A stretch of 64,000 nt of DNA from Syntrophobacterales bacterium (GCA_037441775.1 JBBIRO010000011.1:1708-65707), one strand, 5' to 3'. Shown: positions 38,686 through 48,302, counted from the first letter of the stretch. The notes: generated from the letters alone by a model not told the origin. Numbers and translations are program-made.

Positions 38686-38701
38686 TAGAACGTTAGTTCT
38701 A
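38686..38701. promoter_or_regulatory. Perfect palindrome TAGAAC-GTTA-GTTCTA, a candidate LexA operator of the GAAC-N4-GTTC class
   Basis: 6+4+6 palindrome read directly. On the minus strand it is followed by a TAGTAT -10-like hexamer. It lies upstream of lexA but is separated from it by repeat element J. Confidence 0.45.
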
Positions 38702-38798
38702 ACGCAAGGCTTTTTGGGGGGTAATTACGAGCAGGATCCTAATGCTCCGAAGGTAGGCGGGATTCTGATGGTCACATGGCGGGGTAGCAACGTGCGTT

Positions 38799-38873
38799 AT
38801 GGCATTGTGCACGGGTTTTGATTTACATACAAACAACAGCTACGCAGGGATCTTCAATGCTGATGGCAATAAA
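38799..38873 (+). pseudogene. Possible N-terminal remnant of an IS110-family (DEDD) transposase
   Basis: MALCTGFDLHTNNSYAGIFNADGNK resembles the G-x-DLH-S/T-NN N-terminus I recall for one IS110 subgroup. Similarity is lost after ~25 codons, and no further transposase sequence follows. Confidence 0.3.
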
Positions 38874-38974
38874 GCGGGCAACCAAACTACGGCGCCAGAA
38901 AAGATACCGATAACGGCTAAAGACGATTTAAATTACGTGAGAAAAATCATTTTCCTGCGGAGGGTATATTTTTA

Positions 38975-39655
38975 TCACTTGACAGGGTGCCTTTTAATGG
39001 GTGACCCCCTCTCTACCTGGAAGCACTCACAGAATCGGCCCTCCCCCGAGGCAACCCCTCGAAACCGGTTAAGTCCCATGATGGCCTCATCATAAGAAGT
39101 TGAACTGAGCTGAGATGAGTGTTTCCTCAGGGCAGCAAGCTTCAGATCCATCGCGTCGGTTATGTCAGCCACGTACGATACATGAGTCAAGGGAGTAAGC
39201 ACCTCATAGCACAACAACTGTCCAACTCGCCAAGTGTCCCGGCCGCACCCTGCAAACCATTCTCCGGCGGCCCGCCGGACAGCCTCGATCACCAACTGAT
39301 AGGTTACCCGGTGGTCAGGATGATCATCTCCCCCCTGAGGCGCCAGGACCAGTTCGGGCTTCTTTTCCCGGATTATCGCCACGATATTATTTAAGTTAGC
39401 GCGGGAATATTCCAGATAACCGTCCGGGTTATTGAGGAAAAGCAGGTCAGTAATCCCTAAAACGGCCAGCCCTTGACGCGCCTCTTCTTCCCTGATCCCG
39501 GCCAACTCCGCAGGTTTTTTGTCCAGGGAACCGGCTTCGCCGGAAGTAAGGTAAATCACGCTGACCGGACTGCCTCTCATGACAAGAAGAGTCATCAGGC
39601 CGCCGCAGCCAAGAATTTCGTCATCGGGATGGGGTGCGAAAACAAGGGTTCTCAT
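38975..39655 (-). CDS. PIG-L/LmbE family N-acetylglucosaminyl deacetylase
   Basis: FAPHPDDEILGCGG and DDHPDH metal-binding motifs. Confidence 0.85.
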   Translation of the reverse strand: MRTLVFAPHPDDEILGCGGLMTLLVMRGSPVSVIYLTSGEAGSLDKKPAELAGIREEEARQGLAVLGITDLLFLNNPDGYLEYSRANLNNIVAIIREKKPELVLAPQGGDDHPDHRVTYQLVIEAVRRAAGEWFAGCGRDTWRVGQLLCYEVLTPLTHVSYVADITDAMDLKLAALRKHSSQLSSTSYDEAIMGLNRFRGVASGEGRFCECFQVERGSPIKRHPVK

Positions 39656-39690
39656 TATAATGGCCTCATATTAAAAAAGGAGCGGTTAAA

Positions 39691-40713
39691 TCACTCTATC
39701 CTTCGATAAAGGGAAAGATACGAGTTGACCTCTCGCTCAAAACCGAAGTTCTTTTTTATCAGCTCTCCGGACCGCAATCCCTTTTCTTCCAATTTTTTAC
39801 GGTTGCTCATAATGGCCAGGACATGCCCCATAAGCTCTTGCCGATTTGAAAACATAAGCCCACTGTCTTCGTTTAGCAGTGACGCATTACCCGGTATGTC
39901 CCGGGCGATGACCAGCCGGGAAAAATACATTGCCTCGAGCATGGCATTTGATTCCGATTCAGAGAAGGACGTATTTATCAGCACATCGGAGCTTTCTATA
40001 AGGCCGCCAATTTTTTCCCTGGGAACGGCACCGAGATATTTTATCCATTGGCGATCCCGGATTCGCTGCATCAGCAGTTCAAATTCGTCAGCCTCCGCCG
40101 GCTGGCCCGCTATCAGCAGCAGAAGCTCATTTTTTTTGGCCTGCACCTCCTCGAGGACATCCAGGGCCAAAGAAATTCCCTTGACCCTCCTTATGGCGCC
40201 CAGGATAAGAAAAACCGTTACATCCGGCGCAACGTTTAATTCCTTGCGATAATCTGTTGGTATTTGTTTGGGCAGAGAAACTGATTGATGGATTACCGAT
40301 ATTCTTGCGGCAGCGATCCCCAGTTCAACGAGACCGGCCCTCGCCTGGTCGTTGAAGACGGTTATCTGGTCAGAGGCGGCCAGTACCGCCATAATATCCC
40401 GCAGCTTCGTCGGATCATGGATATCAATGTTTATATCCGTTCCCGTCATTGTCGTGATCATGGGCCTGTGAAACATGCTTTTGATTTTCATGCCCAGCAG
40501 GCCGGCTTTGTAGGCATGAAAATTGTGGATCACTTGAGGCTGGAATTCTGTTGCAAGGGCCAAAATTGCACTCTCTTCAAGGCTCTGCAGGTCAATGACC
40601 AGGCAGTTAATCCCCGACTGATACAAGCCCCGACTGATGCGGTCAACAGTTACGGCGTTGCCGGTAAGTTTGGGAAGGAAAGATGGCGTTATCAGGAGGC
40701 TTCTGTCAATCAT
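39691..40713 (-). CDS. Glycosyltransferase family 4 (GT-B, retaining type)
   Basis: C-terminal GT1/GT4 signature region (INTSFSESESNAMLEAM) and an N-terminal GT4-like domain. Confidence 0.8.
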   Translation of the reverse strand: MIDRSLLITPSFLPKLTGNAVTVDRISRGLYQSGINCLVIDLQSLEESAILALATEFQPQVIHNFHAYKAGLLGMKIKSMFHRPMITTMTGTDINIDIHDPTKLRDIMAVLAASDQITVFNDQARAGLVELGIAAARISVIHQSVSLPKQIPTDYRKELNVAPDVTVFLILGAIRRVKGISLALDVLEEVQAKKNELLLLIAGQPAEADEFELLMQRIRDRQWIKYLGAVPREKIGGLIESSDVLINTSFSESESNAMLEAMYFSRLVIARDIPGNASLLNEDSGLMFSNRQELMGHVLAIMSNRKKLEEKGLRSGELIKKNFGFEREVNSYLSLYRRIE

Positions 40714-40728
40714 TGCCCTGTCGTCTGC

Positions 40729-41595
40729 TTATGTAAGTTCTGCGGGAGGCAAGTCAAAAAAACCACCTATAATAGCGGCGATTCCAGCAGGGTTTTCCAT
40801 CGGCAACAGATGTCCCGCCTCTGGAATCAGCAAATGTTCTCCCTGCAATAAAGCCGCTGCCACTTTTTTCAAGTCCACATACTGGCTGTTGGTGCTTTCC
40901 CCTCCCTCTACGACCAATACCGGGCACTTTATTTTCGCCAAATCCTCCCAGGGGTCATACTGCAATCCGCCCATAAAGATCGCCGCCTCCATCCGGGGTG
41001 AACAGGCCAGCCGTACCCCTTCGTCGTCCTCCACCATGCCGTAGTCAAGGTAAAGTTCCAGCACCTCCTCGTCCCATAAACGGAAAAGCCGGTTTGATTT
41101 CAAATAGCTGCGGGCCTCTTTCCGGCTTGACCAAAGGTTTTTTCTTTTGATGGACTTGGCCGCCAGCGGATGCTGATCAAGGGTAATTTTCATCTGGTAG
41201 ATTTCCCGGGGCAGCAATATCGGCTCAACCAAGACCATTGCTCTGGCCTGAAGGGAAAATCTCCCTTCCGCGATGACCCAAACGGCTCCTCCCATGGAAT
41301 GTCCCACCAGAAGCGGCCTCTTTATATCAAGGCCTTCCAAGAGCAGTTTCATGTCGTAGGCTAACCGATGCCAATCCAGTCCGCCGGCATAAGGATCAGT
41401 TATCCGGTAGTCACACAAATATGGCGCTATGATCCGATATCCAGGCCACAAAGCTTCGGCTACCGGCTTCCAAAGCCAGGGCGTGAAACCTGTCGCGTTG
41501 AGCATAAGGATCGTTTCGCCGGGAGAATTCCATTCCAGAAAAGGCAGCCTGGCGTCAGCGAGATCTATTGTTTTTGTTTCCGGAAAACTAGCCAT
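40729..41595 (-). CDS. Alpha/beta-fold hydrolase
   Basis: GHSMGG nucleophile elbow. The ATG at 41595 follows a GAAGGGGAGGG RBS. The tracked ORF start at 41733 overlaps the upstream gene. Confidence 0.8.
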   Translation of the reverse strand: MASFPETKTIDLADARLPFLEWNSPGETILMLNATGFTPWLWKPVAEALWPGYRIIAPYLCDYRITDPYAGGLDWHRLAYDMKLLLEGLDIKRPLLVGHSMGGAVWVIAEGRFSLQARAMVLVEPILLPREIYQMKITLDQHPLAAKSIKRKNLWSSRKEARSYLKSNRLFRLWDEEVLELYLDYGMVEDDEGVRLACSPRMEAAIFMGGLQYDPWEDLAKIKCPVLVVEGGESTNSQYVDLKKVAAALLQGEHLLIPEAGHLLPMENPAGIAAIIGGFFDLPPAELT

Positions 41596-41617
41596 ACCCT
41601 CCCCTTCTTTATGCCTC

Positions 41618-42568
41618 TTAATATCCTTTGAGCCGGTCAACAAGCCCTTGAAGATCCTCTCCCTTGCGCCAGCGCTGATAGTTGCTAATGAAATTTTCGC
41701 CGACCTCCCGCGGGAGATTGATTCCTGAAACATGCGGCGTAATGGTCACGTTCTCCATCGCCCAAAGGGGAGAATCGGCCGGCAGGGGTTCGCTGGTAAA
41801 TACATCGAGTAACGCCATAATCTTCTTCCGGGACAGAACCTTTATAAGCGCCTGTTCGTCTATGGTCTTTCCCCGGCCCATATTTACAAACAGCGCTCCC
41901 GGCTGCAATTGCGAGAACTCAGCTTCCCCCAATATGCCGTCTGTCTCGGCTGTATGCGGTAAAACATTGATCAAATAGTCAAGCCTTGGCAAGAAGGCTT
42001 GAATTGCGGTCAGCGGAAAAACTTCATCCACATATTCAACCGGACTTGACGACCGGTTAACTCCCAAAACAGTCATACCAAAAAATTTGGCGCCCTGGGC
42101 AATGACTCGTCCGACAGCGCCCAGCCCGAGAATACCGATTACTTTCCCCCGCAACCGCTGGGGCAGCAGCGGGGTCCAGACCCTGTTCTTCTGAAGGTTG
42201 AGATAAAACGATATATCACGGGAAAAATAAAGCAAATAAGCAAATAGGTATTCCCTCATCATCTCACCGTAAACGTAAGTCTTGGTGATGATTACATCCC
42301 GCGCCAGAGCAGAACTGCCTAGCAGTCGCTCGTTGCCGGCAGCCAGAGAGGCAAACCAGCGCAGCCTGACCGCCTGTTTGAGCAGCTCATCCGGCAGCCA
42401 GGTGGCGAGAATAATATTTACCGTCCCGATATGCAACTGGGCTTCGCGATAATCATCGGTGGCAATCATATCCAATTCGGGGAGACTGGCGGTTATTATT
42501 TCGCTATAGGCACGGGCGTCATCACTGAAAATCAAAAGACGGTCGCTTGCCCCTTTTGTCTGTCGCAC
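41618..42568 (-). CDS. D-isomer-specific 2-hydroxyacid dehydrogenase family protein
   Basis: NAD-binding GILGLGAVGRVIA and a catalytic-domain HVSG region. Confidence 0.85.
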   Translation of the reverse strand: MRQTKGASDRLLIFSDDARAYSEIITASLPELDMIATDDYREAQLHIGTVNIILATWLPDELLKQAVRLRWFASLAAGNERLLGSSALARDVIITKTYVYGEMMREYLFAYLLYFSRDISFYLNLQKNRVWTPLLPQRLRGKVIGILGLGAVGRVIAQGAKFFGMTVLGVNRSSSPVEYVDEVFPLTAIQAFLPRLDYLINVLPHTAETDGILGEAEFSQLQPGALFVNMGRGKTIDEQALIKVLSRKKIMALLDVFTSEPLPADSPLWAMENVTITPHVSGINLPREVGENFISNYQRWRKGEDLQGLVDRLKGY

Positions 42569-42602
42569 TTCCCTTCCTCCCTGGTATTAATAAGCTGCTT
42601 CG

Positions 42603-43463
42603 TCACTTCGGGACTTTGGCCAGCGTCCGCAAAAGCGCATTGGCGAGCCTGCCAAAATCAGCCGATTCGATTGTTTCCGCCCTTTTTCGTCCATCAATGC
42701 CGATTTCCTCAAGTGTTCGAACAATCTGTGCCAACGACAGCTCCGGGCGGTCGAGGGTCTTGAGATTGTTAAGAAGCGTCTTTCTCCTCTTGCCAAAGGC
42801 CGTGCGAACCACCAGCCGGAAAAATGCCGGATCAATGAGCTCCACCAGCGGGACCGGCCGGAATTTAATCTCGATAACCATCGAGTTCACTCGGGGAGAT
42901 GGGAAAAATTGCTGCGGTGAAAGCGTCCGCCGGGGGGTGATCGTCGCATACATGGCCAAGATGACCGTAGGTATCCCATAAGCCCGGCTACCGGCGGGTG
43001 CCAGCAGACGTTCGGCAACCTCCTCTTGGACCGTCAGGATAGCTCTGTCAATAACATGTCTGTTATCAATAAGCTGAAAGACTATAGGTGAAGAAATATA
43101 GTAGGGAATATTTCCCGTTACCTTGATTTTATTATCATTGCTGCCTATTTTTACCGTACTGAAGTCGTATTTAAGAACATCCGTCTGGACTATATCAATA
43201 TTGCTCACTTCTTTAAGTTCGTTCTGAAGTATTGCCACCAAACCCCGGTCAAGTTCGAGAGCAATCACCTTTCCCGCTTGCGCCGCAATGGCTCGTGTCA
43301 TAACTCCCAGACCAGCGCCTATCTCCACTACGGTGTCAGCGCGATTAAACTCGCCCATCTCCACAATTTCAGCAATTGAGTTAGCATCTGCGAGGAACGA
43401 CTGTCCGAGGGATTTTCTGGGGGTAACATTATAGCGACGGATAATTTCTCTGACACTGTCCAT
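42603..43463 (-). CDS. rsmA: 16S rRNA (adenine1518/1519-N6)-dimethyltransferase
   Basis: KSLGQSFL, VVEIGAGLGVMT and GNIPYYISSP motifs. Confidence 0.9.
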   Translation of the reverse strand: MDSVREIIRRYNVTPRKSLGQSFLADANSIAEIVEMGEFNRADTVVEIGAGLGVMTRAIAAQAGKVIALELDRGLVAILQNELKEVSNIDIVQTDVLKYDFSTVKIGSNDNKIKVTGNIPYYISSPIVFQLIDNRHVIDRAILTVQEEVAERLLAPAGSRAYGIPTVILAMYATITPRRTLSPQQFFPSPRVNSMVIEIKFRPVPLVELIDPAFFRLVVRTAFGKRRKTLLNNLKTLDRPELSLAQIVRTLEEIGIDGRKRAETIESADFGRLANALLRTLAKVPK

Positions 43464-43479
43464 TTATGCGCTCTTAGAT

Positions 43480-44496
43480 CTAAACTGATAATCCGTCCGC
43501 ATCCCAACAAAAGCAAGAAACGGCATTCAAATCCAGACCATCGCTATGGCCTGCGGCCAGCAGGCGGTAGGCGGCGGCGGCAATCATCGCCGCGTTGTCA
43601 GTACAGAGAATCAGAGGGGGGATGAAAAGCCGATAACCGTTTTTGCGGGCTTCCTCAGCCATACGAAACCTTAGCCGGCTATTTGCCGCCACACCACCGC
43701 AGACAACAATATCCTTGAGGTCGATTAATTCAGCCGCCCTCAATGTTTTTGCCACCAGGACATCGACAATAGCTTCCTGATAGGAAGCGGCCAGATTCGC
43801 CAAGGAATCCGGATTATCTGGTACACCGTTTTTTTTCAGGTAATTGAGCAGCGCGGTTTTCAATCCGCTGAAGCTGAAATCACTCCCCTCCGGCAGGGGT
43901 CGCGGGAATGTCACGGCCGCGGGGTTTCCCTTTTGTGCCAGAGCGTCAATCACAATCCCACCGGGATAGCCGATGTTAAGAAGTTTCGCACCCTTATCAA
44001 AAGCCTCACCGGCGGCATCATCCCTGGTCTGGCCGATCAGCCTGATCTTCATCTTCTCATCAACCAGGCAAATGTTGGTGTGTCCGCCGGATACCACCAG
44101 GGCCAGGAACGGAAAAAGGGGCTGAATCTCGTCAAGAAAAATTGCCGCGATGTGGCCTTCAATATGATTCACCCCAACTAGCGGCTTTCCGATTGCGAAG
44201 GCCAGCGCCTTGGCAAATGACAGGCCGATCAGCAGGGAGCCTACCAGTCCCGGCCTGCTGGTTACCCCCACCGCGGCGATACTATCCAGCCCAACCCCCG
44301 CCTGATTGAGGGCTTCGGTTACCACCGGGATAATGGCGTCGAGATGCTTCCGGGACGCAAGTTCGGGAACTACTCCTCCATACGAGCAGTGGATGTCCGA
44401 TTGTGAATAGATAACATTGGAAAGGATGACGCGCCCGTCGCGGACCACCGCCGCCGCGGTTTCATCGCAAGAAGTTTCGATGCCCAGAATCAACAA
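43480..44496 (-). CDS. tsaD: tRNA N6-adenosine threonylcarbamoyltransferase
   Basis: ILGIETSCDETAAAV and VSGGHT motifs. TTG start. Confidence 0.95.
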   Translation of the reverse strand: MLILGIETSCDETAAAVVRDGRVILSNVIYSQSDIHCSYGGVVPELASRKHLDAIIPVVTEALNQAGVGLDSIAAVGVTSRPGLVGSLLIGLSFAKALAFAIGKPLVGVNHIEGHIAAIFLDEIQPLFPFLALVVSGGHTNICLVDEKMKIRLIGQTRDDAAGEAFDKGAKLLNIGYPGGIVIDALAQKGNPAAVTFPRPLPEGSDFSFSGLKTALLNYLKKNGVPDNPDSLANLAASYQEAIVDVLVAKTLRAAELIDLKDIVVCGGVAANSRLRFRMAEEARKNGYRLFIPPLILCTDNAAMIAAAAYRLLAAGHSDGLDLNAVSCFCWDADGLSV

Positions 44497-44497
44497 A

Positions 44498-44660
44498 ATG
44501 ACCTCATAAAAAGTCTTAAAAGCCTTGAATTTAGATTGGCTTCGTAAAAAGATCGAAAAACCTCACATTTTGTCATTCCCGCCTGCGCGCGAATAACGCC
44601 GTGGTTACTTTTTACGAAGGCGTCAACAAAAGCCGCACTCCTTTTTTCTTCCAAAAACGG
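44498..44660. repeat. Composite element F: two L termini, one R terminus and an abutting CGCACTCC module
   Basis: atgacctcataaaaagtc, attggcttcgtaaaaagatcg and actttttacgaaggcgtcaa, followed by caaaagccgcactccttttttcttcc. Confidence 0.75.
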
Positions 44661-44753
44661 TGTGCACAATATATATACTCAGGCACTGGTTGTAAACCTT
44701 CATTTTACCGGCAGGGCACGGCATTTGCGCCCCGGATTAGGAATTAATACCTT

Positions 44754-46394
44754 ATGGAAATCAAAACTGACTTTCTGGTGTTGGGAAGCGGCATTGCCGG
44801 ACTTAGCTTTGCCATCAAGGCGTCGCAACTGGGAACTGTCGCGATAGTGACTAAGAAAGATGTTTCGGAATCAAACACCAATTACGCCCAAGGGGGAATT
44901 GCCGCCGTTTCGGATCCGCTGGATCGTTTCGAGTATCATATCAACGATACCATTGTTTGCGGCGCCGGGTTATCCAAGCCGGATGTGGTTAAGTTCGTAG
45001 TTGAGGAGGGACCGGAAAGGATCAGGGAACTCGTCGATTGGGGCGTAGAATTTTCTCGTTCCCAGGAACCATGTTCAGCCTACGATCTTGGGCAGGAGGG
45101 CGGCCACTCAATGCGCCGGGTGCTGCACGCCAAAGATCTTACCGGACGCGAAATTGAACGGGTTCTGAACGAAAAGGCATCAGGGATAGAAAATATCAAG
45201 ATTTATGAAAATTTCATCGCCGTTGACCTGATTATGCCTTCTTCACCGACCGGAAAACAGAAGAGGGCTGCCGATACCTGTCTGGGCGCCTATATCCTCG
45301 ACATCCAGGCTAACGAAGTCCATACATTCCTTGCCAATTACACGATCATTGCCACCGGCGGGGCCGGCAAGGTCTATCTCATTACCACTAATCCGGACAT
45401 CGCCACCGGCGACGGAATAGCCATGGCCTACCGCGCCGGCGCCAAAATAGCCAATATGGAATTCATTCAGTTTCACCCCACTTGCCTCTATCACCCGGAG
45501 GCCAAAGCCTTTCTGATCAGCGAAGCTCTACGCGGGGAAGGTGGAATTCTCAAGCTCAAAAACGGCAGCACCTTCATGGAAAAATATCATCCCCAGGGAT
45601 GTCTTGCCCCGAGGGATATAGTCGCCAAAGCAGTCGACACGGAGATAAAGAAATCCGGCGATGAATATATTCTGCTTGACATCAGTCATCGGGACCGGGA
45701 ATTCATCATCGACAGATTCCCCAATATTTATAAGCGCTGTCTGGATTTTGGCATTGATATCACGTGCGAACCTGTCCCGGTGGTTCCGGCGGCCCATTAC
45801 ATCTGCGGAGGCGTTCTCGTCGATGGCGTCGGAAAAACCAGCATTGACAGGCTCTACGCACTGGGTGAGGCGGCGTGCACCGGGCTTCACGGCGCCAACC
45901 GTCTGGCCAGTAACTCATTACTGGAGGCGCTGATCTTCGCGCATCGGTCTTTTGTAGAGATTAGCCATGATTTCGCTCCGCTGAATTTAAACACGCTCGC
46001 TGTAGAACCATGGTGCACTCTGGGGGTAGTCGAAAGTGACGAATTTATTCTTGTATCTCATAACTGGGATGAACTGAGACAGCTGATGTCGGACTACCTG
46101 GGCATCGTCCGTTCCAATCAGCGGCTGGAAATGGCCTTAAACAGGATAAGGCTGATCGGCAAGGAAGTGGAAGATTTTTACCGTAATTTTCATCTTAGTA
46201 AAGACATTATTGAACTTAGGAACATATCACTTGTGGCATTGCTGATCGTTCGCTCGGCCATGAGCCGCCAAGAAAGCCGGGGGCTTCATTACAACGTGGA
46301 TTTTCCGGCTTCTGATGACACCAACTTTTTAAAAGACACCGTCATCTCGAAATACGATGACTTCGTAAAAAGTCAAAAGCCCCCTCTCCCTTGA
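44754..46394 (+). CDS. nadB: L-aspartate oxidase, with the last ~12 codons encoded by a repeat element
   Basis: DFLVLGSGIAGLS FAD-binding motif and RVLHAKD..TG. The tail DDFVKSQKPPLP is translated T-motif plus hairpin module. Confidence 0.9.
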   Translation: MEIKTDFLVLGSGIAGLSFAIKASQLGTVAIVTKKDVSESNTNYAQGGIAAVSDPLDRFEYHINDTIVCGAGLSKPDVVKFVVEEGPERIRELVDWGVEFSRSQEPCSAYDLGQEGGHSMRRVLHAKDLTGREIERVLNEKASGIENIKIYENFIAVDLIMPSSPTGKQKRAADTCLGAYILDIQANEVHTFLANYTIIATGGAGKVYLITTNPDIATGDGIAMAYRAGAKIANMEFIQFHPTCLYHPEAKAFLISEALRGEGGILKLKNGSTFMEKYHPQGCLAPRDIVAKAVDTEIKKSGDEYILLDISHRDREFIIDRFPNIYKRCLDFGIDITCEPVPVVPAAHYICGGVLVDGVGKTSIDRLYALGEAACTGLHGANRLASNSLLEALIFAHRSFVEISHDFAPLNLNTLAVEPWCTLGVVESDEFILVSHNWDELRQLMSDYLGIVRSNQRLEMALNRIRLIGKEVEDFYRNFHLSKDIIELRNISLVALLIVRSAMSRQESRGLHYNVDFPASDDTNFLKDTVISKYDDFVKSQKPPLP

Positions 46395-46475
46395 CGGAAG
46401 ATGGTTGGGGTGTTGTGATAATGGCGCTTAATTCTAAATGCTTAGCTCCCCATCCCCTTTATCCCCTCCCGCGAG
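46356..46475. repeat. Element K: an L terminus plus the J/E-type core, with no clear R terminus
   Basis: gatgacttcgtaaaaagtc followed by a core with gtgataatgg...aatgcttagctccccatcccctttatcccctccc, homologous to 38524-38638. The first 39 nt are read as the NadB C-terminus. Confidence 0.7.
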
Positions 46476-46565
46476 ACGGCCAGGATGAAAACCACCAAAC
46501 TGGTCAAGTGCCACTAGACCAACCATTTTTTTGACGAATGCCTGGCTTCCCGGTATGGAGCGGCA

Positions 46566-48302
46566 TTACACAAAAAGCGGCACCAGTTCAAATCGGCCGA
46601 CGTCCACAAGGCCCCGGTCGGTGATCTTCAGATCGGGAATTACGGGCAACGCCAAAAAAGAAAGGGCCATAAAGGGCTCATCGATTCGAACCCCCAGGCC
46701 GTTTAACGCCTGCCTCATTTTTTCCCAGCCATACGCAACCTCAGCCAACGAACGCTCGGACATCAGTCCGCCGATGGGAAGCGGCAGCCCGGCTACGACC
46801 TTGCGGTCTCTCACGGCGGCAAGCCCGCCTTTCATCGCTTCGACGGCCTTTATCGCTGTGAACATATCCCCATCGTCACAGCCCACGCAAATGATATTAT
46901 GGGAATCATGCGCGACCGACGAGGCCAACGCGCCTTCCTGCAAGCCAAAGCCCTGAACCAGCCCCAGGCCGATATTGCCCGTCGCCCGATGACGCTCCAC
47001 CACGGCGATTTTAATAATATCCCGGTCCCTGTCCGCGACGACCAGGCCCTCCCGAATGGGCGCCGCCAGCACCATCTGACGAGTCAGAAGCTGGCCGGGA
47101 ACCAGGCCGATAACACGAACCTTCCCGCCCCTGTCCTGGATGATGAAGGAATTCTCATGATAGGGGGCGATGTTCATCGGGCTTGCTAAGGCAAGCGGCG
47201 CCAAAGGCTTGATTTCGGGAATAATCTGACCGGCCTCGTAAACACGTCGGCCATTTTTGAAAACAGTAGTCACCGCCACCGGAGAGAGACTAGAAAGAAG
47301 TAACAGATCCGCCTGATAACCCGGCGCAATGGCCCCGCGGTAATCGAGACCGAAATAGCGGGCGGTGTTGTAAGTCGCCATCCGAATCGCTGTCACCTGG
47401 TCGATTCCTTCTCCCACAGCGCGATCGATGAGATGGTTCATATGACCCTGCCGCATCAGGTCATGCGGATTGAGGTCGTCCGTCACGAGTGAGCAGTGGT
47501 AGGCGGCAACCGGAGAAACCAGGGGGGCGAGAGCGCTTAAATTTTTCACCTGCGTCCCCTCCCTGATCATGATATGCATACCTAGCCTGATTTTTTCGCG
47601 CGCCTCAGCAAGCTCAGTGCACTCGTGATCCGATGACATGCCCGCCGTGATATAGGCGTTGAGATTTTGGCCGGTCAAAAGCGGCGCATGGCCATCGCAT
47701 CGGTATCCGGCAAAGGCGTTAACCTTTTCCAGAACCAATGGCAATCCCGACAGAACCCCTGGATAATTCATCATTTCGGCAAGACCGAGCACACGGGGCT
47801 CATCTTTTAGTATCAGCAGGTCATCGGCCGACAAGATGGCACCGGCGGTTTCCAGCGGGGTCGCCGGGACACAAGAAGGAAGCATAAAGAAAAAATCAAC
47901 TGGCAAGCCCGCGCTTGCAGCAAGCATAAAGCGGACCCCCTCAATTCCAAGGACATTGGCGATCTCATGCGGATCGGCGATAATCGTCGTCGTGCCGAAA
48001 GGCAGCACTGCACCCGCCAGTTCCGGCGGCGCCAGCATGCTGCTTTCGATATGGAGGTGGCCATCGATGAAGCCGGGGGCAATGAACTGCCCGGCAACAT
48101 CAATGCTATGCGGACCGTCGTAATCGCCCACGCCGACAATGATTCCGTCATAAATCGCCACATCCGCCGCGATTATTTCACCCGTAAATACATTTACGAC
48201 CCGGCCTCCCTTTAAAACAAGATCCGGCGCAACGTCCCCCCTAGCCGCCCAAATTCGCTGCCTCAGCCGTTCGATTGTATTGGGAACTTTAGCTTCCATC
48301 AC
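46566..48302 (-). CDS. ade: Adenine deaminase
   Basis: Amidohydrolase motif PGFIDGHLHIESSM. Length and architecture are typical of Ade. Confidence 0.9.
   Translation of the reverse strand: MMEAKVPNTIERLRQRIWAARGDVAPDLVLKGGRVVNVFTGEIIAADVAIYDGIIVGVGDYDGPHSIDVAGQFIAPGFIDGHLHIESSMLAPPELAGAVLPFGTTTIIADPHEIANVLGIEGVRFMLAASAGLPVDFFFMLPSCVPATPLETAGAILSADDLLILKDEPRVLGLAEMMNYPGVLSGLPLVLEKVNAFAGYRCDGHAPLLTGQNLNAYITAGMSSDHECTELAEAREKIRLGMHIMIREGTQVKNLSALAPLVSPVAAYHCSLVTDDLNPHDLMRQGHMNHLIDRAVGEGIDQVTAIRMATYNTARYFGLDYRGAIAPGYQADLLLLSSLSPVAVTTVFKNGRRVYEAGQIIPEIKPLAPLALASPMNIAPYHENSFIIQDRGGKVRVIGLVPGQLLTRQMVLAAPIREGLVVADRDRDIIKIAVVERHRATGNIGLGLVQGFGLQEGALASSVAHDSHNIICVGCDDGDMFTAIKAVEAMKGGLAAVRDRKVVAGLPLPIGGLMSERSLAEVAYGWEKMRQALNGLGVRIDEPFMALSFLALPVIPDLKITDRGLVDVGRFELVPLFV

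Noticed and set aside
38624-38821. A 65-aa plus-strand ORF downstream of the SOS-box palindrome.
   Set aside because: It starts inside repeat element J, has no RBS and has no recognisable family.
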